DNA of 28,116 nucleotides from Bacteriovoracaceae bacterium (GTDB lineage: Bacteria; Bdellovibrionota; Bacteriovoracia; Bacteriovoracales; Bacteriovoracaceae): the NCBI GenBank assembly GCA_041586955.1, contig JBFGZE010000039.1, positions 1 to 28,116 of the forward strand, written 5' to 3'. Positions 8,760-17,088 of this stretch are shown piece after piece (the first letter of the stretch is position 1; each line of letters opens with the position of its first letter). The translations under genes were made by a program, and so were the position numbers. Under the pieces are notes generated by a model, which was not told where the DNA came from, searched no databases, and worked only from the letters and a program-made list of their open reading frames with translations.

Positions 8760-8875
8760 TCCATACCTACAAAACGAACTGGCCATTACTTAAAGCTTTT
8801 CAGTAACGAGTTTCATAAATCCCTAATCTGGATCCATCTGAAAGTGACCATACCCTAATTTAAAAAATTAGTTTT

Positions 8876-11800
8876 TTATGCGCTCTCTTTGAGGGGTATT
8901 TTTCCGATCAATACTTTTTTAATTAAATCACACAATTTCTTTGGAGTTAACGGTTTTTGCAACAATATGACTTCTTTTTCTTGGACACCTTTTCGAATCA
9001 GCTCGTCATTCGTATAACCTGACATAAATATAATTTTCGCACTAGGGTGGATTTTTTTCGCTTCTTCGGCAAACACTCTGCCGCTCATTCTTGGCATAAC
9101 CACATCAGTGATTATAAGGTCCGGAATAGGCCCTGAATTTAATTCATCAAGGGCATCATGGGCATTAGAGAAAGTAAATACTTCAAACCCTTCGCTTTCC
9201 AAAACAGTCTTAATAAAATCCCTAAGTACATCTTCGTCCTCAACGACCAAAATTTTCTCTTTTGCCACAAAGTTATTTATATTGTCGGTTTTATTAATCA
9301 AATGTGTGTTCGTTGTTGAAATTTGTTTTGGCAATTGAATGGTAAATGTTGTGCCCACGCCGACTTGGCTTGTTACTGAAATTTCTCCTTTATTTTGTTG
9401 AACAATCCCAAGGACAGTTGCCAGGCCAAGGCCTGTGCCCTTTCCCTCTTCTTTGCTAGTATAAAAAGGTTCAAATATTTTATCCAATTTATCTTCAGGA
9501 ATCCCCTCTCCAGTATCACTAACAGTCATCTTGATGTAGTCATCCCCCTCTTTTGTCGAAATGATGATATCCCCTCCATTTGGCATGGCATCTTTCGCAT
9601 TGATCACGAGATTCATGATAATTTGATCAAGCTGGCCTTCATCAAAAATAATATTTGATTTCTCATTTTCCAATTGAAGTTCGAAATTGATATCCTCTCC
9701 AACGAGGCGTCCTAGCATTAAATGAATATGCTCAAGCATCTCATTAAGGTCGATACTTTTGGGTGCTATGATGTCCTTTCGTGAAAAAGTGAGAAGTTGC
9801 TTTGTTAATTGTGAAGCTCCATCTGCGGCCCTCAAAATATTGTTAATGTGAACTTCCACCTGTGATGTGTCCTTGATCCTCTTGCGTAATATATGGAGCC
9901 CCATGATAATGATTGCAATCTTATTGTTGAAATCATGGGCGATTCCGCCAGATAATTGTCCAAGGGCCTCCATCTTCTGTGCTTGTCTAAGCTGATTTTG
10001 CGTCTCTTGGAGCTCATCACTTCTTTGTTTTACCCGTTCCTCAAGATGAAGATTGAGTTCTTCTAATTGGTCACTAGTATTCTTTTTATCAGTTATATCA
10101 ATAGAGATTCCTAATAAATATTGAGGTACTCCTTTGTCATCCAAAATTGGGACTTTAAGAGTATGCAGCCACTTTTGACCATTTAATGAGTCTAACCGCT
10201 CCTCTGCTATTTTGAGATTTTTTTTACTTTTAAGAACTTCCCTATCTTTTTTAACAAAGAAAGTAGCTTGTTCGCTCGCAAAAAGATCATGATCATTTTT
10301 CCCAATTAATTGGTCCCTTGACAGGCCCAGAAGTTCTTCTCCGGCACGATTCAACAATTCAAAACGCAGATCCTTTGCATCTTTGAGAAAAATCATTGCC
10401 GGAATATTTTCGACTATTGATTCCAAGAATTTACGGGTTAAAGCATGATCCTTAACATGCCTATTGATTTCTTCTTTGTTTCTCTTTCTTTCCAAAACCC
10501 TTCCAAGCTGAATCCCTAGATTCTTAACGGTCAACAGCAATGATTCGTTTGGAAAAACCTCCTCTTCTGAGTAAAATTCTAAAACCGCCACGACATCATT
10601 GTTCAATATGACGGGAAAAGCAAAAGCACCTTTGAGGTTACGATCTTCGAAAACTTTATTGCGATGATAATTATGATCTTCCTGTATATTAGATATCCAT
10701 AATGGGCATTTTGTTTCGAGAATCCTTCCAGGCAGCCCCTTTCCAATTAAAAAGTTGGTTTCTGAGGTTATATTGACAAATTCTTGATGAGAAAACTTAT
10801 CCTTTAGAGACCAAATATCACTAGAGACTAGTAAATCACCATTTTGAGTATCTCGCAGATAAATATGACCAATAGGCCAATTGGTTAGTTCACAGACTAT
10901 ATCAAGACAATGCTGTAATGCCTCTTCAAAAGAGAGCGACTCCTCGGCCGTTTTTGTCACCTCATAAAGAAGGGTTGCCTCCAACTTTTGATTTTGTAAT
11001 TCTTCTTTGGTCCGCACAATCTCGGTGATATCGTAACGTAGGGAGATGAATTTAACGATTTCACCATCATCGCCAAAGATGGGAGCGATGGTCGTATCGA
11101 CCCAGTAAAAGTCTCCATTTTTGGTTTTATTTTTTATTTCTCCATGCCAGGGCCTCCCTGCAAGAATGGTGCTCCACATATTTTTGATGAACTCTTTTGT
11201 GTGATGGCCGGAACTCAATATCCTATGATTCGATCCAATAAGTTCTTCCCTTGAATGGCCAGAAATTCGACAAAATGCATCGTTGATATAAGTTATAATC
11301 CCCCTGGGGTCTGTTTCTGCCACAATAACAACCGAGTCGATTGCCTTTCTTTGGGAGGACAAAGTATTAGTTGCCTCAAAAAGTGAACTTTTAATTTTGA
11401 TGTAATGGTTTCTAAAGACTTTAACCCAGAAAAGAAAACCCAAAAAAGCAATAAGTAGATCTAGTAAGAGAAAATCTACAATTAACTCTTTTATTTTTCC
11501 TGATGTTGATTTTTTAATGACCTTGACGACTTCACTGCAGACTGCCAAACTCTCGGCAAATTTTCTTTTATTCTTATTATAATCCTCGCTGAAAAGAATG
11601 TCTTTTGCTTTGGCGTACTCTCCCGCTTGAACAAGCTCGAAACTCTCCTTTTCCATCTTAACAAGTATGTCATTCGCTAAAACAGTTTGAAAGAAGGAGT
11701 GTAAATTCTTTTTATTGGCCACAAGTTGGCCTAGTTTCTCTAATTCCGAATTAAGTAATTTTTCAGTTTGTTCATATTTATTTTTCCACATTTGATCTTT

Positions 11801-12004
11801 TTCAAGGATGTTCATTCGTGATGACATCGTCAACACTTCGTCAAAGTACTCAATTTTGGAAATAGATTTTTCGATTTGATTATATGTATGATCATTATTT
11901 GAAATAGGTCGAAATAAAAAAAAGGACACCAATGATCCGATCATTAGCAATGAAAAAATGGAAAGACATAGTGTAAAGTTATTTTTTTGACTATCGTTGG
12001 CCAT
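8876..12004 (-). CDS. Membrane-bound hybrid sensor histidine kinase (2 TM, periplasmic sensor, PAS-GAF-PAS-HisKA-HATPase-REC)
   Basis: H-box GGIAHDFNN, N-box NLVINAKDAM, DTGEG, FEPFYTSK, GTGLGL; PAS/PAC WHGEIKNKTKNGDFYWVDTTI; GAF GKGLPGRI; receiver VVEDE...TDVVMP...SGY...KP. Confidence 0.95.
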   Translation of the reverse strand: MANDSQKNNFTLCLSIFSLLMIGSLVSFFLFRPISNNDHTYNQIEKSISKIEYFDEVLTMSSRMNILEKDQMWKNKYEQTEKLLNSELEKLGQLVANKKNLHSFFQTVLANDILVKMEKESFELVQAGEYAKAKDILFSEDYNKNKRKFAESLAVCSEVVKVIKKSTSGKIKELIVDFLLLDLLIAFLGFLFWVKVFRNHYIKIKSSLFEATNTLSSQRKAIDSVVIVAETDPRGIITYINDAFCRISGHSREELIGSNHRILSSGHHTKEFIKNMWSTILAGRPWHGEIKNKTKNGDFYWVDTTIAPIFGDDGEIVKFISLRYDITEIVRTKEELQNQKLEATLLYEVTKTAEESLSFEEALQHCLDIVCELTNWPIGHIYLRDTQNGDLLVSSDIWSLKDKFSHQEFVNITSETNFLIGKGLPGRILETKCPLWISNIQEDHNYHRNKVFEDRNLKGAFAFPVILNNDVVAVLEFYSEEEVFPNESLLLTVKNLGIQLGRVLERKRNKEEINRHVKDHALTRKFLESIVENIPAMIFLKDAKDLRFELLNRAGEELLGLSRDQLIGKNDHDLFASEQATFFVKKDREVLKSKKNLKIAEERLDSLNGQKWLHTLKVPILDDKGVPQYLLGISIDITDKKNTSDQLEELNLHLEERVKQRSDELQETQNQLRQAQKMEALGQLSGGIAHDFNNKIAIIIMGLHILRKRIKDTSQVEVHINNILRAADGASQLTKQLLTFSRKDIIAPKSIDLNEMLEHIHLMLGRLVGEDINFELQLENEKSNIIFDEGQLDQIIMNLVINAKDAMPNGGDIIISTKEGDDYIKMTVSDTGEGIPEDKLDKIFEPFYTSKEEGKGTGLGLATVLGIVQQNKGEISVTSQVGVGTTFTIQLPKQISTTNTHLINKTDNINNFVAKEKILVVEDEDVLRDFIKTVLESEGFEVFTFSNAHDALDELNSGPIPDLIITDVVMPRMSGRVFAEEAKKIHPSAKIIFMSGYTNDELIRKGVQEKEVILLQKPLTPKKLCDLIKKVLIGKIPLKESA

Positions 12005-12156
12005 ACTTACTATTCGGACACAATTGTTACTCTCTTTAAAATGTAAAATTTATTATCAACAAGAAAGACAATCATTATTATTTAAGCGACAACTCTAAAT
12101 AGTAGAAAAAGTGTTTTATTTTGAACTCTAACAACTAAAAGTATTTTTAAATTTTT

Positions 12157-13344
12157 TTAAGGAAATACATAGTTGCAAGATTGTATCACAGTAGTATCTT
12201 TATAATCTTTAGAATTTACAGCACAGGACTCACCAGGAGTGTCCCAAATACGTTGGGTATATTTACAAATAGGCTTTGACTTACCTTTAGTACAACTACT
12301 CGAGACAATACCGTCCACCTTTTGTCCAGCGTTACAAACTGTTGTAACTAAGACTATAGGACAGACAAACCCAGGACCACTCTTTGTACAACTTGTTTCA
12401 GAAAAAGAGCCAGACCATGAACCCCATACTCCGTCATTACAACTCCTGGTTTGCACTTCAAATGGGCAATCAGGTGAACTAAGGCTTTGATAGCGGATAC
12501 GCGAATTTATCCCAGTACAGGTAGCAGGAGAGGCCGCTGGAGTCATCGCCGTAATACAAACGGCCGTTCCGTTAATAATTGACTTAATGACCTTTCCCGC
12601 TGGGCAAGTAATTGGAATATCTTTGCGTATATATAATGTGGCCACTTCTTTATCCAATTCTATAAACTTAAGCTCTAATTGATTCTTGAGCTCTTGCTGA
12701 AAGTAGAATTTGGAAACTGCATGGTTATTTTCATCATTAATATCATTGGATAGAAAACAGCTTTTACCACCGCCATTATAGGTGCCACCAATCCCCTGAC
12801 ATGCCTCATCCATGATATTCTCAAGACCTGTTGAAGGCCTAGAAAAACAAGAGACAACCTTACCAGCATTATCAACATTCACGATGAGATCTAACTTATT
12901 AGTGATATTACGAGATCCATGTCCTTCCTTAAGGCGCTTAAAATCAACATGCAACTCAAAGAAGCCTGGCCCAGGTTTAACCGGTACTGTTTTTTCGATT
13001 AAACGCATTGCTGAAATTTCCAAAGATCGATTCGCGACGGAATCATTAATACCAAAAACTTCTGCTCCAGATGACAACTCCAGCGTAGAAATCGTAGAAT
13101 TATGCCCTTTTCCTTGAAAGTTATGAGCGCAATTGGCCCCACTGCTCAAACTTAAGTTAATAATACGCATGATGCCCGACTCTTCATAGAGAGACTGTCG
13201 ATAGGAGGTTGACGCACTTTGATGTTTAAATATCTTCATTCCAGCTGCGGACATAGCTCCCAAAATTGCGACAATTAACATCAATTGCGTAATGGAAATC
13301 CCCAGCTCATTTCTCAACAACCTCAAATATTTAAACTTCATCAT
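12157..13344 (-). CDS. Large prepilin-like protein with Cys-rich C-terminus, non-canonical class III signal (G|ISITQ)
   Basis: Basic leader, G|I-S-I-T-Q then hydrophobic helix; paralogous to the two upstream genes (PG.G.F.L.V.F.R, YIRKD..CPAGK..SIING, QTR.C..G.WG.W). Confidence 0.8.
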   Translation of the reverse strand: MMKFKYLRLLRNELGISITQLMLIVAILGAMSAAGMKIFKHQSASTSYRQSLYEESGIMRIINLSLSSGANCAHNFQGKGHNSTISTLELSSGAEVFGINDSVANRSLEISAMRLIEKTVPVKPGPGFFELHVDFKRLKEGHGSRNITNKLDLIVNVDNAGKVVSCFSRPSTGLENIMDEACQGIGGTYNGGGKSCFLSNDINDENNHAVSKFYFQQELKNQLELKFIELDKEVATLYIRKDIPITCPAGKVIKSIINGTAVCITAMTPAASPATCTGINSRIRYQSLSSPDCPFEVQTRSCNDGVWGSWSGSFSETSCTKSGPGFVCPIVLVTTVCNAGQKVDGIVSSSCTKGKSKPICKYTQRIWDTPGESCAVNSKDYKDTTVIQSCNYVFP

Positions 13345-13414
13345 TTGATATTCCTTCCCGCAAAACCAATCTCAATTAAACATTAGTACAGGCCAAAATT
13401 TACTCAATTAAACC

Positions 13415-14602
13415 TCAAAATATATTTTTACATTGGTGAACGATAACCACGTCTTTATAAGCACTAGGATTAAGGCTACAGAGCTCACCTGGAGTATCCC
13501 AAACCCTCTCGGTCGACTCACAAGTAGGATAAGGGCCCAACAAACGGCTCAAACAATTAGATTTAATAATACCGTTAACTTTATTTTCGCTAGGTTTACT
13601 ACAGGGTTTACTACTCATAAGTAGAGTAAAAGGGCATTGATTTAATCCTCCAATCTTGGCACAACTCGTATAGCTATAGCTACCGGACCATGGCCCCCAG
13701 GAACCAGCAGAACAAATTCTCGTTTGAGTTTCATAGGGACAGGATTTTCCACTACTGTATTGGTACATAAGACGCGAGCTATTTCCAGAACAGCTGATTG
13801 GTGCCGCGGTCGTTCCAGCGTCGACACAGATAGCGTTGCCATTAACAATAGATTGTAGAACTTTCCCGCCCGAGCAACTAAGAGGAACATCTTTACGCAA
13901 ATAATTCCGCAACATTTCCGCGCGGAAAGCATCTTTGCGCGCTTCGATAATTTTCGTTAAATTATCATCAAAATAAAACTTAGAAACCGCTTCATCTTGT
14001 GCCAACGTAAAGGGAGTGGAGAGAATACATTGTTTGCTGGCGAGGTTATAAGTGCCGCCAATTGAAGAACAACTTTGATCGACAGGGATTTCTGTATCAT
14101 TTAAGCACTTAATTACTGCGCCTGCAGCATCCACTTGAGCGACAATAAGAAGCTCTTTTATGATACTTTTAGCTCCACTCGCCTCTTTTTTAGTTCGAGA
14201 AAAGGCCACTTCTAAAGTAAAAATTCCCTCACCTGGCGTGACGGGGACAGATTTTTCTTTCAAGGTCAATCCATCAATTTGAATCGTGCCATTTGCTAAG
14301 GGTGTGCCAACATCATAAAGTGTCGCTCCTGACTCCAATTCAAAAGAGAGAATAGTGTCACCATTTTTTTTTCCCTTAAAATTATGGGTACAAATGTTTC
14401 CCTCATACAATTTAAAGGATAAGTTGCGGATAATTTCAATTTCTTTATTATGAACTTCAATAAAAGAAGCAGATTGATTTTGAATTTTCATCATGCTTAA
14501 TCCGCCAAGAGCTATAATTCCTAAAATTCCGAGTGAAATTACAATCTCGATAAGAGTGAAGCCCATCTCGTCAGTATTAAATTTTTGTCCATTCCTGTTC
14601 AT
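13415..14602 (-). CDS. Large type IV prepilin-like protein with Cys-rich C-terminus
   Basis: Canonical N-methylation motif G|FTLIEIVISLGILGIIA; shares all modules with 12157..13344 including WDTPGE.C..N...YKD; SD AGGA. Confidence 0.88.
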   Translation of the reverse strand: MNRNGQKFNTDEMGFTLIEIVISLGILGIIALGGLSMMKIQNQSASFIEVHNKEIEIIRNLSFKLYEGNICTHNFKGKKNGDTILSFELESGATLYDVGTPLANGTIQIDGLTLKEKSVPVTPGEGIFTLEVAFSRTKKEASGAKSIIKELLIVAQVDAAGAVIKCLNDTEIPVDQSCSSIGGTYNLASKQCILSTPFTLAQDEAVSKFYFDDNLTKIIEARKDAFRAEMLRNYLRKDVPLSCSGGKVLQSIVNGNAICVDAGTTAAPISCSGNSSRLMYQYSSGKSCPYETQTRICSAGSWGPWSGSYSYTSCAKIGGLNQCPFTLLMSSKPCSKPSENKVNGIIKSNCLSRLLGPYPTCESTERVWDTPGELCSLNPSAYKDVVIVHQCKNIF

Positions 14603-14651
14603 AAAATCCTAAAACACCTGTTAAAAGGTTTTCTTATTATAAATACATTTC

Positions 14652-15665
14652 TTAGGGAGTACTCCCGAATAAGGAAGACTTGCATTTGGTATAATTATAT
14701 CCAGGGAAAGTAGGCCTCCAGGATCCCCATTTTCCATTCGAGCAAATCCTAGTTTGAGTTTTTGATCGGCAAGCAAATGGCCAGGGGTTTTCGCTTTTAT
14801 AAACAAGACGACTGTTAGAACCAGAACATACTAAGGTTGGGGTCGTCGGAGGGGCCGCCGTGATGGCATCAACGCAAATTGGTTGTCCGTTTATAATAGA
14901 TTTAGGTGCTTTACCTGCAGGACATAGCATCGCCACATCCTTGCGAATATAATCCCTATCTATCTCGGCTCGCATTTCATTGATCGCTTCTTCTGTTGAA
15001 ATCTGCACCTGCCTATTTAAATAAAACTTAGAAACTGAATGCCAATGTTCTTTATTGAAATCGGGAGACAGATTACATTTTTGATTGCCCGGATTATAAA
15101 CACCTCCAATCGAAAGGCAATGTTCAGATAAAAATCGATCCTTAGTCTGAGCAGGGTCGCCAAGGCAGGAGGTTATAGTCCCACTCGCGTCCAAGTTGGC
15201 CAAAATCATAATTTCTCTTTTAGAAATTTTAGCACCAGGTCCTTTTTTGATGCGACGAAAATCAACTTCGAGGGTAAAGACACCAGCACCAGGTCTAGAG
15301 GGTGCGCTCTTTTCGATGAGAGTCAATCTTTCAATTTGAATTTTGTGGTTCGGAATAGCGACTCCAATAGGAAAAATTGGTGCTCCTGAGGTTAGCTCAA
15401 TCCCACTGGTAAGAACATCTCCACTTTGGAGACCTTTAAGGTTGGCAGTGCAAAGAGATATATCACTTAATCTTTCACTCATGCCTTGAAGAATCTCTGT
15501 TTCTTCGTATCGCGTGTTTACGTAATTCTTTATACCATTTTGATTAGTCAGTAATTCGATACCACCAAGTGCAACCATGCCAACGAGGCCAACAGAGATT
15601 AATAATTCCATCATTGAAAAGCCTGATTGCGGAAAATGAATAAACTTTTTCCACAAAAAATTCAT
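14652..15665 (-). CDS. Large type IV prepilin-like protein, shorter paralog lacking the terminal domain
   Basis: G|FSMMELLISVGLVGMVALGG; shared middle and Cys-rich modules; SD AGGGG. Confidence 0.88.
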   Translation of the reverse strand: MNFLWKKFIHFPQSGFSMMELLISVGLVGMVALGGIELLTNQNGIKNYVNTRYEETEILQGMSERLSDISLCTANLKGLQSGDVLTSGIELTSGAPIFPIGVAIPNHKIQIERLTLIEKSAPSRPGAGVFTLEVDFRRIKKGPGAKISKREIMILANLDASGTITSCLGDPAQTKDRFLSEHCLSIGGVYNPGNQKCNLSPDFNKEHWHSVSKFYLNRQVQISTEEAINEMRAEIDRDYIRKDVAMLCPAGKAPKSIINGQPICVDAITAAPPTTPTLVCSGSNSRLVYKSENPWPFACRSKTQTRICSNGKWGSWRPTFPGYNYTKCKSSLFGSTP

Positions 15666-15769
15666 TGTCTAAAACCCCTTTTTAAAAATAGTATTTATTT
15701 AAGTTTAACCGAGAAAGAGAACAGTTCCTAATATTATGTCACTGCGCCTGTGTAAGGTACTGAAAATAG

Positions 15770-15786
15770 ATCAAAAAAGGGGCCAG
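15770..15786 (-). promoter_or_regulatory. Candidate sigma54 (-24/-12) promoter for the pilin-like operon
   Basis: Minus strand CTGGCCCCTTTTTTGAT = GG-N10-GA versus consensus TGGCACG-N4-TTGCW; about 105 nt upstream of ATG 15665; the -12 C is replaced by A. Confidence 0.35.
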
Positions 15787-15947
15787 ACCTTTTGAATTTG
15801 TCACTTTGAGGCGCTATTATTCAAGCACATTTTGATGAGACCCTTTTAACGTTAGACGACACCGCTCGAGGTTAGTAAATTGAAAATATGACGAATAGAT
15901 TCTTCCCTTTGTTCGATGCAATCTAGCTATAGTAAATTGTATTTCTT

Positions 15948-15986
15948 AACAAAACAGGAGTTTTTAAGGCCGGATAAAACCTCTCC
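15948..15986 (-). terminator. Possible intrinsic terminator after the DmpA-like gene
   Basis: Minus strand GGAG-AGG-TTTTA...TAAAA-A-CTCC imperfect hairpin directly after the stop, followed by TGTTTTGTT. Confidence 0.3.
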
Positions 15987-17081
15987 TTATTTTATAATTT
16001 TCTTGGTAATACTGTCATATTGTAAGTAATACTTTTTAAGCAGGTCATGCCTTATTGCTGGAACAAAACGGTCATCCGCCCCTTTCATATCCTCAGAATG
16101 GATTAATGAATTAAGGATACTCTCCTCTGTCGCCTCAATAACTGCCTGATAGGCCAAATTAAGATGATTATCAAATATTAGATGAATTCCATGTTGATAT
16201 TTCTTTGAAGCATGCTTAATTTTATTTGCTGTTGAAAAGCCGACAACAATTTCCCCACTGCCATGAGCAGCATAGGATCCCATTCGACCAATACCAAGTG
16301 CTGCACGTTTACAAAGTCGATTAATTTGATGAGTGGACAAAGGCATATCAGTTGCAACAACAGTAATTATTGAGCCGTAATTTTCAACACGCCTTTGATA
16401 GTTTCCCTGGTCTTTAGCAAGACATAATCCAATTGGATAACCATTAACTCTCAACTCCTCCATATCGCCAAAATTACTTAAAACCAAAACCCCAACAGTA
16501 TAGTTTTTATCGTGTATTTTGAATATTCGACTAGAAGAACCTATCCCTCCTTTTAAATCACTGCAGACCATTCCTGTGCCAGCTCCGACACTTCCTTGCT
16601 CAATTATCCCAGATTTCGTGTTTTTAATCGCATCAAAAACGTCTTCATCAGTAATATGGAATTTAACACTATTATTTAAAAAGCTATCATCACACTCACC
16701 AACAACAGGAATCACAACATCTCTGTAATTCCAAATCTTTTCATACTTCTTACTCATCCACTTACTCATAGCTTCGGAAACTTTCCCTACGGACATAGTA
16801 TTTGTTAGAGCAATTGGTGTTTCTAAAAGGCCCCATTCAGTTAGCTGAGTAAGGCCTGATACCTCTCCGGCGCCATTTAAAATGAATTTACCACCAATAA
16901 ATTTATTATAAAAAATTTGATCATTAGGTTTGATAACGGTTACCCCCGTCCGTATATCATCACCTTCAATCAAAGTTTTATGGCCAACTTTAACACCTTT
17001 TACATCGGTAATATTATTGTTTGGCCCCTGTTCAAACTTTCCAATTTTAATTCCGAGGTCTTTAAGATCACTCTTCTTCAT
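15987..17081 (-). CDS. dmpA: DmpA/BapA-family (peptidase S58/P1) aminopeptidase, 364 aa
   Basis: GPNNNITDVKGVKVGH, RTGVTVI, NGAGE, PVVGECDDSFLN, GSVGAGTGM, KGGIGSSSR, self-cleavage G|SIITVVATD, HGSGE, ATEESILNSL; start at MKKSD with SD AGGTG overlapping the upstream stop. Confidence 0.92.
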   Translation of the reverse strand: MKKSDLKDLGIKIGKFEQGPNNNITDVKGVKVGHKTLIEGDDIRTGVTVIKPNDQIFYNKFIGGKFILNGAGEVSGLTQLTEWGLLETPIALTNTMSVGKVSEAMSKWMSKKYEKIWNYRDVVIPVVGECDDSFLNNSVKFHITDEDVFDAIKNTKSGIIEQGSVGAGTGMVCSDLKGGIGSSSRIFKIHDKNYTVGVLVLSNFGDMEELRVNGYPIGLCLAKDQGNYQRRVENYGSIITVVATDMPLSTHQINRLCKRAALGIGRMGSYAAHGSGEIVVGFSTANKIKHASKKYQHGIHLIFDNHLNLAYQAVIEATEESILNSLIHSEDMKGADDRFVPAIRHDLLKKYYLQYDSITKKIIK

Positions 17082-17088
17082 ATGACAC

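Noticed and set aside
14621..14806. Frameshift restoring the missing C-terminal domain of the 337-aa pilin
   Set aside because: The alternative-frame ORF has no similarity to the WDTPGE domain, and only 49 nt separate the stop from the next gene.
12157..15665. Diversity-generating retroelement or recombinational shufflon acting on the pilin tips
   Set aside because: Paralogs differ at all base types rather than only at adenines; no near-identical template repeat, reverse transcriptase, recombinase or inverted crossover sites seen.
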